Of a stretch of 64,000 nucleotides of DNA, positions 28,076 through 37,806 are shown piece by piece. Source of the DNA: a virus (taxonomy: Duplodnaviria; Caudoviricetes); IMG/VR virus record IMGVR_UViG_3300026549_000045, positions 1 to 64,000 of that record; one strand, written 5' to 3'. The position numbers were made by a program, and so were the translations under genes. Numbering within the stretch: position 1 is the stretch's first letter; every line of letters begins with the position of its first letter. Under the pieces are notes generated by a model. The model searched no databases. It worked only from the letters and a program-made list of their open reading frames with translations, and was not told the DNA's origin.

Positions 28076-28921
28076 ATGAGTTACACAATTCTTTATCGCA
28101 GTATGTTTGTCAAAATGAGTGATGGACGGTATATCCCACTTATTGAGAGCGGAAGTAATAATTGCACAGAAATTACTTGGAAAGGACGTGAGCGCCGTGA
28201 GCGCAGTTGGCACCAGTGTATGTTTGGCAATGGTAGTAAGTCTCTGGCTCGTACTCGTGATGAAATCATGCGTGATGTAGAGAGCGTCATCGACAAGGAA
28301 AAAGAGCGTGTCGGTAAACCTTATGCCTCCTATGAGAACAAAGAGGGTGTATATACTGAGCAGGAGATAGAAAAGCATTTCGGCTATTACTCTGGCATCG
28401 CCATCAGCGGCAATGGTCATTGCAATAACACGTCGGCACAACAGTTCCGCAACTTCTTCCTGAAAGGTTTTGAACAGGCTGTTACCTTCGACGAGTGTGA
28501 GGAACTGAAACTGACATGGTGTACTGGCTATCCCAACTACGAACGCTGCAACGTGAAGAGCGAAGAGGAGTTGATGACGGTGTACGAAGGGTTGACAATC
28601 CCTGGCTGTCATGTGACAGTGAGTTTCTGCAGATGGACGGAATATCTGTGGGATAAGCACCGAAAGCGGGCAGAGAAGAAACCGCAGGAGCCTAAGACTG
28701 TTGGCTTTGTGGTGCAGTTTGGTAGTCAGTATATCCACAAGTTATCTTCGCGCCACATGTGGCGAACCAGCTACCTCGACTCTGCCAAGAAATACGCATC
28801 GAGAGTATCGGCAGATAGAGCAGCCGAATGTCTGAACAAGAATTACGATAGCGTAACCCAAACAGCCTATACCGTTCCCGTCCGCATCAATAACGAGGGA
28901 CACTGGGAACAAGCAGCATAA
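28076..28921 (+). CDS. Hypothetical protein
   Basis: 281-aa ORF; ends -EQAA. Confidence 0.8.
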   Translation: MSYTILYRSMFVKMSDGRYIPLIESGSNNCTEITWKGRERRERSWHQCMFGNGSKSLARTRDEIMRDVESVIDKEKERVGKPYASYENKEGVYTEQEIEKHFGYYSGIAISGNGHCNNTSAQQFRNFFLKGFEQAVTFDECEELKLTWCTGYPNYERCNVKSEEELMTVYEGLTIPGCHVTVSFCRWTEYLWDKHRKRAEKKPQEPKTVGFVVQFGSQYIHKLSSRHMWRTSYLDSAKKYASRVSADRAAECLNKNYDSVTQTAYTVPVRINNEGHWEQAA

Positions 28922-28945
28922 GTGTAACCCTATAACTTTACGACT

Positions 28946-29854
28946 ATGACAAAGAAATTCTGGTGCCATTACATTGGCAGCGACGGCAATACGCCAAAGA
29001 GACGCAATATCGAACTGACAGACATTAGCGAACTATTGCCCAATGTGAGTAACGAGGGAGTGAAAACGCCCTTGTGGTTTGAGCGAGAAGAGGAAGATTA
29101 CGGCTATCGTATCTATACGCATTACCACCTCTACGTACAACTGAGCGACAAGGTGGCGACAATGGTTGACAGTATAAGCGACCAACTGGTAGAGCGTATG
29201 GTGAAGACTGACGAAGATATCAAGGCTCAAGGCGAGAAATGGATGAAGGACTTTCTGGAGCGCAATCCTAACGCCAGTGAGGAATATCGCAACCGAGAAG
29301 CAAAATGGAACGAAGAGAGCATGGAGGGCGCGAAGAAGGATCGTGACAATATGCTGCAAAGACTCGCTTTGTTCCTGGACTATGATACGGTGCTGCTTTC
29401 AGGTGATGCGTGGATTATGGCCTCTGTTATCAAAGCCTACGAGGAAGTGCAGTCGCCATACTTACCCGTCATACAAGAGCTACGCCGTCAAGCTATGGCC
29501 GAGCGTGAACACCGTGAGCAGGAGCGCAAGGAGGAACGCCGCAAGGCTGCTGAGGAAGAAGCCCGCAAGAAGGCTGAAGCCGAGCAGAAGGAGCAGGAGC
29601 GACTGACCCAGGAAGCCGAGAAGTTCAAGCAAGGCGAGAGTATCAGCGGTGAGGACGTGGTGGATCTGTGCCGTCGTTATGGCATCGCTATTCACTTGCG
29701 CACCGTACATAACCTGCAGCAGGTCATCTACGTCATCAACGGCAAGACTGGCACGTGCCAGTATTACCGCCAGTCGAAAGGCAAGCGTCGCCCACAACTC
29801 GACGGCTGCTATAAGACCGCCGGAGAATTATATCAATATCTGCAAACTCACTAA
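28946..29854 (+). CDS. Hypothetical coiled-coil protein
   Basis: 302-aa ORF. Confidence 0.8.
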   Translation: MTKKFWCHYIGSDGNTPKRRNIELTDISELLPNVSNEGVKTPLWFEREEEDYGYRIYTHYHLYVQLSDKVATMVDSISDQLVERMVKTDEDIKAQGEKWMKDFLERNPNASEEYRNREAKWNEESMEGAKKDRDNMLQRLALFLDYDTVLLSGDAWIMASVIKAYEEVQSPYLPVIQELRRQAMAEREHREQERKEERRKAAEEEARKKAEAEQKEQERLTQEAEKFKQGESISGEDVVDLCRRYGIAIHLRTVHNLQQVIYVINGKTGTCQYYRQSKGKRRPQLDGCYKTAGELYQYLQTH

Positions 29855-29960
29855 ACTTAAAAACAAGAAGCAACAAGACATGGAAATGTGGTTTATCGTC
29901 ATCCTTTTGGTCCTCTGCTGGCTGAAAGGATGAAGTCAGTAACTTTAAAACGAAACGGCA

Positions 29961-30362
29961 ATGACAGAGAACCAGCAAATAGCAAGTATCATTCTACAAC
30001 AACTTGGAGGTAGGCGTTTTGTGACTATGACGGGTGCAAGATGCCTTGTGGCCATTAACAACGGCCTGCGTTTCAGGATTGGACGGAACGGTAGCAAGGC
30101 GAACATGGTGAGTATCGTCCTTCGTGGCGATGACACATACACCATGACGTTTCTGTATGTAAGAAACCCGCCCAACCCATACTCTCTGCTGGCAAAATAC
30201 ATTGGCAGGGGCATGGATCCTGTGACTGCTGAACGAAAAATCAAACAACAGTCAGACCCCGACAAGATGGTGCAGACGCTTAAAGAATATAAGGGCATCT
30301 ATTGCGACCAACTTGAAGAACTCTTTCGTGACTATACGAAACTGAATACTCGATTACTTTAA
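29961..30362 (+). CDS. Hypothetical phage protein
   Basis: ILQQLGGRRFVTMTGA..DDTYTMTF..GIYCDQL. Confidence 0.75.
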   Translation: MTENQQIASIILQQLGGRRFVTMTGARCLVAINNGLRFRIGRNGSKANMVSIVLRGDDTYTMTFLYVRNPPNPYSLLAKYIGRGMDPVTAERKIKQQSDPDKMVQTLKEYKGIYCDQLEELFRDYTKLNTRLL

Positions 30363-30374
30363 AACGAAACGGCA

Positions 30375-30929
30375 ATGAGAACAATCAAAGTTAAACTCGA
30401 CAAAGACCTGTCTGCATATCGCGGACGTGACTATTACTTCTGCGAAGAAAGCGGCAGATATTATACGAAGATTGACGGTGAGTGGCATACCACCACCAAC
30501 AATTACTATCTGGAACCTGACTGCCATGTGGCTGACGATGTGGAGATTGTTGTTGTGGAGAAAACGAAGGAGTATCACGGTGGCGACACTGTGTACTCCA
30601 AGAAGCACGGCAAGAACATGGTCATCTTCATGGCGCACCGCACTCAGGAAGTAGGTGGCGAAGCGAAAGTCACCCACTATACGCTTATCGACATGACTAA
30701 CGTCACTCCCGACGATGTAGAGGACGCACATGCAATGGTAAAGACAATTAAAATCTGGAACAACCGGAAGAACTGCACGGAGTACCTTTACAGGCTTCGC
30801 CCGACGCGGTTCATCGAAGACAAGGCGCTATGCCTGAAGTTGGACGATGCGGAAGCAAAACGAGCAAGCGAGTGGCTGACCTTTATCGGCATCAACCACG
30901 AAGTAATCGAAGTAGAAGGGAATCACTAA
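30375..30929 (+). CDS. Hypothetical protein
   Basis: Packed ORF. Confidence 0.7.
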   Translation: MRTIKVKLDKDLSAYRGRDYYFCEESGRYYTKIDGEWHTTTNNYYLEPDCHVADDVEIVVVEKTKEYHGGDTVYSKKHGKNMVIFMAHRTQEVGGEAKVTHYTLIDMTNVTPDDVEDAHAMVKTIKIWNNRKNCTEYLYRLRPTRFIEDKALCLKLDDAEAKRASEWLTFIGINHEVIEVEGNH

Positions 30930-30942
30930 ACAACATACGACT

Positions 30943-31614
30943 ATGGCAAAGCAAGAATTTTCTGCACTTGTATTAGAGTGCCTTGGTGTGAATGAAAAGG
31001 TCATCGACAAACTCCAGGTTGAGTTAGATGTGACAGTCAGTGAGGATGCGGTTAAAAAAGCTATAAATCATTTTGCCCATTGGGGTAACAAGGACGATGT
31101 GCAGATGATGATAGTGCGTCATATCTTTCAGACCGTCATCGACCGCTATGAAGCCCGGCTTGACAAGAATAAGTTTAAGATGCACTTGCAGTTTGACGAC
31201 CCTGATCCACACCTCGAATATGACGGCAAGAGAATCCGTTATTATCAGAACCTCGATAATATCATCCGAGAGCAGAAGGAAATTGAGCAGTGGGAAGCAC
31301 AGAAGAACGCTCCGCGTGAGTTCCATCTGACCGCCGATGATAAGAAAATCCTGTTGGACTGGGGTAATAGCGAGGAAGATTTGGACCAGATAGAACTTGA
31401 GGCAAATGTATGCGAGTTTACACAATGCTACAAGTCGAAGCCAGACCGCAAGATTACCCGCGATGAAGCCATCAAGATTCTTGGTCGTAAACAATTTCTT
31501 TCCGGCATAGATCGCGCTGCCTTCCACTGGAACTGCGGACGTGAAAACGGCAACAGATACGTTCACTTTGAGAGTGGACTTGTCGGAAGACATGTGAACG
31601 AGTTTGTGTATTAA
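30943..31614 (+). CDS. Hypothetical protein
   Basis: Packed ORF. Confidence 0.75.
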   Translation: MAKQEFSALVLECLGVNEKVIDKLQVELDVTVSEDAVKKAINHFAHWGNKDDVQMMIVRHIFQTVIDRYEARLDKNKFKMHLQFDDPDPHLEYDGKRIRYYQNLDNIIREQKEIEQWEAQKNAPREFHLTADDKKILLDWGNSEEDLDQIELEANVCEFTQCYKSKPDRKITRDEAIKILGRKQFLSGIDRAAFHWNCGRENGNRYVHFESGLVGRHVNEFVY

Positions 31615-31632
31615 CCCCTAAACGATACGGAA

Positions 31633-32052
31633 ATGAAGAATGTGATTAAGTACAAAGGCTACACCATCGTAAGAAACGTGGCCGTGTTCGAGAATGGCGA
31701 GCCCATCGGCGAGTTTGACTCTATGGCAGACGCCAAGGCGTATTACAAGGATTGTGAAGGCTATGAGTTCAAGTATGCTGCCGCCGAGGAAATCAACGCC
31801 GACGGCGACGTGAACCCTTCTGTGTATGGTGACACTCTGAAAGAGGCGACGGATAAGCTCAAAGCGATACTGAGTCCCAGGAAGATGACTTGGAAGGAAC
31901 TTCGGCATGAATTTTTCTCTGCCACCCATGAACTGCGTGACGCTATGCTCAAAGAGTATAACCGTAACGGAGAAGAAACGAAAGTGCCTGAGTTCTGGCA
32001 GGACTTGCATAACCTCTGGACCAAGATGAATACATTGTGTGAGAAACTGTAA
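31633..32052 (+). CDS. Hypothetical protein
   Basis: Packed ORF. Confidence 0.7.
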   Translation: MKNVIKYKGYTIVRNVAVFENGEPIGEFDSMADAKAYYKDCEGYEFKYAAAEEINADGDVNPSVYGDTLKEATDKLKAILSPRKMTWKELRHEFFSATHELRDAMLKEYNRNGEETKVPEFWQDLHNLWTKMNTLCEKL

Positions 32053-32064
32053 AGCCGAACGGCA

Positions 32065-32631
32065 ATGAACGAGACATCAAAACAACTGACGGCCCTGATG
32101 GCTGCGATACATGCGGCGTATCAGAAGGGCGAATTTGCACCGCCTGAGTGTGAGGAAGACTGTGGCTTTGGGAGACAAGGGATGCTTTGGGTGCATGAGA
32201 TAGACAAAAATCAGGGTGTGAGCATCGACCTTTACGACCTCTTCGATGACGGACTGCCAGAGTTGGAGGGCATGGAGTTCGACAGCATGTGTCCGGCTGA
32301 CGGCAAACCCATCAGACAGAAGGCATACTGCATCAGTTACAACCCCGAATGGGAGGAACACCCAGTGCTGGTGCTCTGCAACGATGCAAGTGCTACTGAG
32401 TTTGATGATAGCTTCGATCTGACACTGGAGTACGTGCCGGAAGAGGTGCAACAGCGCATTTATGACTGGATAAAGAATCTGTGGCATCCTGTAGCCAACG
32501 TGTACCGGCTTGTGCTACGAGCACCAGACGGCAGGGAGCAGCGCACATTGGCCTGGTTTCCGACGGAAGAGGTGAAGAAGCAATACTATGACAAAGCCCA
32601 CAAACGTGGACTGGTGGTAGAGGAAGTGTGA
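32065..32631 (+). CDS. Hypothetical protein
   Basis: Last gene of the early block. Confidence 0.7.
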   Translation: MNETSKQLTALMAAIHAAYQKGEFAPPECEEDCGFGRQGMLWVHEIDKNQGVSIDLYDLFDDGLPELEGMEFDSMCPADGKPIRQKAYCISYNPEWEEHPVLVLCNDASATEFDDSFDLTLEYVPEEVQQRIYDWIKNLWHPVANVYRLVLRAPDGREQRTLAWFPTEEVKKQYYDKAHKRGLVVEEV

Positions 32632-32632
32632 C

Positions 32633-32716
32633 CATTTTCGTAACCTCACGAAAATGATACGACGCACACATATATAATATATACGCGCGAGGGCTGCAAT
32701 GGTCCTTGCGCGTTTT
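32633..32716. terminator. Hairpins between convergent genes
   Basis: CATTTTCGT/ACGAAAATG and ACGCGCGAGGGC/GTCCTTGCGCGT followed by TTT. Confidence 0.6.
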
Positions 32717-33473
32717 AAATCTTGTCTGGCCCCGGCTCTGTAGCCATGCCATCAGTGGTGCCGAAATACTGATTGAACTGTACTTCCATGCGGTTGTGCC
32801 TTTCAAGCAAAGCATTGTGCCGTTGAAGCAGATCCTTGTATTTGGCTGTGATGTCTGCGACGGTAGCGTTCAGTCCGTTGAGCCTTTTTGTCAGGGCAGC
32901 AACCTCTGCGCGGACGGCTTCGTTGTTGCCCGCTTGTGGCGCGACAGGCACGGCAGGTTTGCGCCCTTTGCCCTTGCTGCACTCTCGGTTCTCGTCAATG
33001 AGAAACTTAAACGGAGAGATGTTGAAGTAGCTGCAAGTATGAAGAAAGTCCGTTACCTTAAAACGTCGGCGCAGGGTGAAACGCTCGTGTGGTTTCTGTG
33101 AGCTGGCTTCCATAGCCACGGCCACATCTTTCCAGTAGATGCGCCCTTCGCCGTCGCCGAAAGTCTGCTCAACAGCTTGTGTGTTCCACTCGATAGGATG
33201 CCAGTAGTCGAGTGGGATAGTAGCGTCTTCACGATTAGGGATGACGAAATTGTTGTTCTCTGCCACAAAATAATATACTGGCATACGCAAAGAGTTGCAC
33301 AATTTTATCAGTATTTGCACCGATACAACAATTTCGTTTGTCGTATATCGGCTTAGTACCTGCTGTCTTAGTCCGCAACGGCGGGCAATTTCCGTGCCTG
33401 TGATGTCTAAAACATCTGATAGACTGCTGAATAGCGTCGTGTTGAATTTCCATCTGTCCATACCATTTGTCAT
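32715..33473 (-). CDS. XRE-like HTH repressor candidate with C-terminal coiled coil
   Basis: ITGTEIARRCGLRQQVLSRY..LIKLCNSL; the only leftward gene after 5 kb, divergent from the replication operon. Confidence 0.7.
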   Translation of the reverse strand: MTNGMDRWKFNTTLFSSLSDVLDITGTEIARRCGLRQQVLSRYTTNEIVVSVQILIKLCNSLRMPVYYFVAENNNFVIPNREDATIPLDYWHPIEWNTQAVEQTFGDGEGRIYWKDVAVAMEASSQKPHERFTLRRRFKVTDFLHTCSYFNISPFKFLIDENRECSKGKGRKPAVPVAPQAGNNEAVRAEVAALTKRLNGLNATVADITAKYKDLLQRHNALLERHNRMEVQFNQYFGTTDGMATEPGPDKI

Positions 33474-33544
33474 GCTTGCTTTAAAATTTTAACATTCACT
33501 TTTGGATAATTTTTCACCAATTCTGTTTGTTATTTCACAGAAAA

Positions 33545-33571
33545 GTTGTACCTTTGCCGCAAAGTTACAAC
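33545..33571. promoter_or_regulatory. Palindrome containing opposed -7 boxes (genetic switch)
   Basis: GTTGTACCTTTGCCGCAAAGTTACAAC: TACCTTTG (+, 33549-33556) and TAACTTTG (-, 33567-33560). Confidence 0.75.
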
Positions 33572-33584
33572 AATTTCGTGAAAT

Positions 33585-34034
33585 ATGAACGAAAATAAAG
33601 AGAAATTATCACTACGCATTAAACGTTATCTGAAGAACCTGGTGAAGGCTTTTTGTAGTCGCGATCCCTACCGTGAGGAGTTGGAAGAGACGAAGGAAAA
33701 GCTGGAGAAGTCTGCAGAGAATATGACGGCCATGCAGGACCAGTTGTACTCTGCGCTCGACAAGTGGAACGAGGTGGTGAAGACGTCGGAAGATCTGAGT
33801 AGTCAGGTTGAGAGTTGCGAGAAGTTGATTGAAAACCTGCGTGAACGTATCAACGAGAAGGACGAAGAACTGAAACAGCAGGGCAACGACTTCCGTGAGC
33901 GTATGGAGCGGATGAAAGGCGACTACCAGAAGCGATTGGACGAGTACAATAAGCTGGTGGACTTCATCCGTTCCAACAAGAATGTTCCCTACGAAATCGG
34001 TGTCATCATCGACAAACTGACCGAAAGAAGATAG
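33585..34034 (+). CDS. Coiled-coil hypothetical protein
   Basis: Heptad-rich ORF. Confidence 0.75.
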   Translation: MNENKEKLSLRIKRYLKNLVKAFCSRDPYREELEETKEKLEKSAENMTAMQDQLYSALDKWNEVVKTSEDLSSQVESCEKLIENLRERINEKDEELKQQGNDFRERMERMKGDYQKRLDEYNKLVDFIRSNKNVPYEIGVIIDKLTERR

Positions 34035-34047
34035 GAGGAGGAAAGCA

Positions 34048-34323
34048 ATGGATATAGGACAGGCAATCAAGGAACTTCGCACCAAGCGCGGCATGACCCA
34101 GGAGCAGCTTGCCGATAGCGTCGGCATGAGCATCAACGCTATCAGTTCATGGGAACTCGGCAAGACGATACCGCCAAAGGCGACCATCGAGAAGTTGTGT
34201 CGTGCGTTTGGCATACCTGTTTCGTACATGCTGCTGGCGGCTATCGACGAGCAGGATATCCCAGAAGAAAAGCGCGTGCTGTACCGTGCGCTTTTAGAGC
34301 CGCTGAAAAATGAGTTGTTGTAG
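34048..34323 (+). CDS. XRE/Cro-family HTH regulator
   Basis: IKELRTKRGMTQEQLADSVGMSINAISSWELGKTIP. Confidence 0.9.
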   Translation: MDIGQAIKELRTKRGMTQEQLADSVGMSINAISSWELGKTIPPKATIEKLCRAFGIPVSYMLLAAIDEQDIPEEKRVLYRALLEPLKNELL

Positions 34324-34335
34324 AAACAGTGATCA

Positions 34336-37300
34336 GTGAACGACGCTAACCTGAAGATATTGAATGGCATTCCTCTCGTGGAAGTGATGCGAGGATGGGG
34401 ATATGTACCGGTGCGCGAGGCGAGAAACGGCGCAACGGCATCGTATATCTGTCCTTGGCATGACGACCACCATCCATCGCTGGTGGTGGATAAGCAGTTG
34501 CGTGACGGTGCCGCCGACTTAGGCTTTAAGTGCTTCGCCTGCAAGCAGGAGGGGTACGGGGCCATACAGTTGGCTGCACGGCTCATGGGAGAGCCTGCCG
34601 GACAGTTATCAAACGGGGTGCTGAATCAGGTGATTCACGAATTGCTGACCCGTTGCAGCGTGGAGTTGGAGCCTGAAGAGGGCGACAAGCCGTGGCGCGA
34701 TAACCTCCGCATAAAAGTAGTTGGCTGGGACGAGTTCAAGCGTGATGAACCGCAATACCAGGACTGGACGGGCGACCAGCCCATCTTTGAGACTGGCGAG
34801 TGGACAGAGGAAGGACTACGCGCGCTGGGCTTGAAGGTGGAGGTGGCCACAAGGCGTGCGAAGAAGACCGACATACCCGCCGACGCGACGGGAACAACGG
34901 CAGAGGTGCGCATGGGCGACCTGCTGACACAGTTTGATCCCGACAGTGGCGAACCGTTGTATCGTTGCTCGTTCGGCAAGGACTTTTATCGTGGTCCGCA
35001 AAAGGCAGAGACCCGTACCATAGCCGCATGGGGCGAAGAGGTTGGGCGCGTGTTTGGCGTGACACCCATCAAACGTTTCTGCAAGCGCGATACACCGAAG
35101 CAGGGTGGGGCAGTGGTTCTGGTGGTGAATGCCACAAAGAACTACCCGATGTTTATCTTCCGCTATCGTTGGGGAATCAAGAAATACGAGCCGAAAGCCG
35201 GTTATGGCAGTACGAAGTGGACGTGGTGGGATGTGAAGGAGGATGCCGACCTGGACCACCAGTGGTATGCAGACGCTGCGCTGACCGAAGCGCTGGAAGG
35301 ATGCGTGCCACAGCAGGACGACCGCCATAAGTACGATGCTATGACTGACAAGGACGGCAAGCCGACAGGTAAGGTGAAGTTCCACCGTGTCGTGCTATGC
35401 TCTGGTCCAAGGGATGCGATAGCCGTTTATGCTCATAGCAATGCGCACGTCGTATGGCTTCACAGCGAGCAGGCCGGTTTCGACCATAAGGGCGGCAATG
35501 TCAGGCCGAACCGATGGCTCAGGGCTTTTCTGAGGAAGTTGCAGGGCATCACCATAGATGGCGGTCTTTACGTCTGCTACGATGAAGATGCGACGGGACT
35601 GGCTGCCAGCCAGGCGATAGCCCTGAACAGTCCGAACATTCATTGGCTCAGACTCCCCAAGGAACTGACGGAGATAGCCATTGGCAAGGAGGGCAAGCAC
35701 CTGAAGGATGTGACGGACTTTGTGACGCGCTTTCAGGAGGTAGAGGGCAGGATGCCTGCAGAGGTACAGCACGACGACCCCGTTGAGTGGTTCGATAATG
35801 CGCTGTTTGACACGCCCACCTGTCAGTTCTGGCAGTGGGAGAGTGAGCGTAAGGATGCCGACGGCACGGGCCGTGCAAGGTATAAGTTCGACCTAAGAAA
35901 CACGCCCGTATTCCTCAGAGCAAGAGGCATGGTGCGCCGCGTGATGCAGCAGGGCAAGACATCGTTCTCGCGCTTCTTCATCATGGGCAATGACAATACA
36001 TACACCGAGGCGTTCCCCGGTGAGAAGGGAAGCAACAAACTTGTGGCACAGGCCCGAGACCTGATGGCTGAATGGCTGCGTGCGCACAAGGAATTTAACG
36101 ATGAGAAGGGTGCGCTCAGTCGTGCCATCTGTTCGGCCAAGTTGGAACAGGGCACGTTGGAGAGCATCGAGACAATGGACTTCGACGAGAAAAGCTATGG
36201 TGAGGACTTCGATCATTTCTTCTTTGACAACACCGCTGTAAAGGTAACGAAAGACGGTATGGAACTGGTGCCATACAGTCGCATGAAGTGGTGGACCAAT
36301 ACAGAGGCGATACTTAACGGCACGTTTACGATGCAGAAGCAGGCGTGGCGTGTGGTGCTTAATCCGATGTATGCCCCTGAATTGGAGAAGCACGAGGAAA
36401 TCATGCGGACGGCACAGACATCCGACGAGCGCGCACAGGAGAACATGCGCTGGGATTCGTGGGCTTCGCTTTGGAAGTACCGCCTCATTATGGATAAGCC
36501 GCTTGATGAAATGCCGATGCACTTCCGTTTCCTCTACAACACATCCCGCATCTTCTGGGAAAAGGAGTCGGACAATACGGAGTTGAGCAAGACGGAGAAG
36601 CAGGTGCAGGATATGTACTTCATTGCCATGTTACATGCCATCGGATCGGCATTGGTGCGCCACCGTTCAGCCAACAGGCAGCAGTTCCTTCATATAACCG
36701 ATAACGGCACACGCCGCGAGGACCTGGCAAGTGGCGGTACTGGTAAGACAGCCATTCTCGAACTCTTAGGACTGATGCGCCGTGTGCTGAAAGTTGACGG
36801 CAAGGCTTTGGAGGGTGGTAACATCACGCTGACACAGGAACTGGATAAGATTGTGCCTGGTCTGCAGAACATTGTCGCCATTGACGAACTGCCACAAGGC
36901 TTTTCGCCCAAGACGCTCTATAACTATACGTTGTCGCTGACCTCGCGCGGCCTGTATCGTAGTAGTGTCGTGCTCGAAGGCGATGACCTGCCGAAGTTTG
37001 TCGTGGCATCCAACGAACAGTTGGATCTCAGTTCAGATTCAACCTCACGCCGTACCTATCAGGTGCTGGTCTCTGACTGGTATCATCCGAGAAGCATGGA
37101 CGGCAGCCGTCCGGCACATACGCCTGCAGATGACTTCCGTAAGGAGTACGGCATTAAGGAGGTAGCACGCAATCTGCCACCTGCATTGCTCAACGAGGCC
37201 CGTAATTTCCTGCTGGGATGTGTGCAGTTGTTCTTCCAATTCCCTGACGAGACTATCAGACCGCCACGTGACAGCCGTGCGTTGTTGCGTCAGGCTCTGG

Positions 37301-37800
37301 CAGCATCGAAGGACGAGCAGTTTACCCGTTGGATAGCAGGTTTCCTTTTGGATAAGCGTCACATTGGAGAGCCTATCGCCCAGCGTGAACTCGCTATCTC
37401 ATTGCTTGACTACTGTGGCATCACCGTAGGCGAGAAGACTATCAAGAGTGCATACAAGCGCATTCGTGACAATATGGACGATTACATCAGGACGAGTATC
37501 TATGTGGTTGACCCGCCTGTTGTATTGTCAACACCGACTGACCGCGAAAACGGCTTCCGTCGCTGCGCTGCATGGCAGCATCCAAAGGCCAGTGACGGCT
37601 ATAGCATCGCCACCGACTCTGACGGCAACCGTCTGCCAAGGGAGTTGGTGAAGAAAGCACCATACCCAAGGGTATATTACTTCTATCGCAAATCCAGGGT
37701 GCCACGCCACTTTTTTGACGAAGCGCACGTTGGAGATATGGACTACGTGCAGGGCGCCAGCGACATCGACCCGGAGACACAATCGAAAAGTGAGGACTAA
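34336..37800 (+). CDS. DNA primase-helicase (CHC2 Zn finger, TOPRIM, P-loop)
   Basis: CPWHDDHHPS..CFAC; VLCSGPRDA, CYDEDATG, KDVTDF; GGTGKT, VAIDEL, VASN. Confidence 0.85.
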   Translation: MNDANLKILNGIPLVEVMRGWGYVPVREARNGATASYICPWHDDHHPSLVVDKQLRDGAADLGFKCFACKQEGYGAIQLAARLMGEPAGQLSNGVLNQVIHELLTRCSVELEPEEGDKPWRDNLRIKVVGWDEFKRDEPQYQDWTGDQPIFETGEWTEEGLRALGLKVEVATRRAKKTDIPADATGTTAEVRMGDLLTQFDPDSGEPLYRCSFGKDFYRGPQKAETRTIAAWGEEVGRVFGVTPIKRFCKRDTPKQGGAVVLVVNATKNYPMFIFRYRWGIKKYEPKAGYGSTKWTWWDVKEDADLDHQWYADAALTEALEGCVPQQDDRHKYDAMTDKDGKPTGKVKFHRVVLCSGPRDAIAVYAHSNAHVVWLHSEQAGFDHKGGNVRPNRWLRAFLRKLQGITIDGGLYVCYDEDATGLAASQAIALNSPNIHWLRLPKELTEIAIGKEGKHLKDVTDFVTRFQEVEGRMPAEVQHDDPVEWFDNALFDTPTCQFWQWESERKDADGTGRARYKFDLRNTPVFLRARGMVRRVMQQGKTSFSRFFIMGNDNTYTEAFPGEKGSNKLVAQARDLMAEWLRAHKEFNDEKGALSRAICSAKLEQGTLESIETMDFDEKSYGEDFDHFFFDNTAVKVTKDGMELVPYSRMKWWTNTEAILNGTFTMQKQAWRVVLNPMYAPELEKHEEIMRTAQTSDERAQENMRWDSWASLWKYRLIMDKPLDEMPMHFRFLYNTSRIFWEKESDNTELSKTEKQVQDMYFIAMLHAIGSALVRHRSANRQQFLHITDNGTRREDLASGGTGKTAILELLGLMRRVLKVDGKALEGGNITLTQELDKIVPGLQNIVAIDELPQGFSPKTLYNYTLSLTSRGLYRSSVVLEGDDLPKFVVASNEQLDLSSDSTSRRTYQVLVSDWYHPRSMDGSRPAHTPADDFRKEYGIKEVARNLPPALLNEARNFLLGCVQLFFQFPDETIRPPRDSRALLRQALAASKDEQFTRWIAGFLLDKRHIGEPIAQRELAISLLDYCGITVGEKTIKSAYKRIRDNMDDYIRTSIYVVDPPVVLSTPTDRENGFRRCAAWQHPKASDGYSIATDSDGNRLPRELVKKAPYPRVYYFYRKSRVPRHFFDEAHVGDMDYVQGASDIDPETQSKSED

Positions 37801-37806
37801 GGCATT

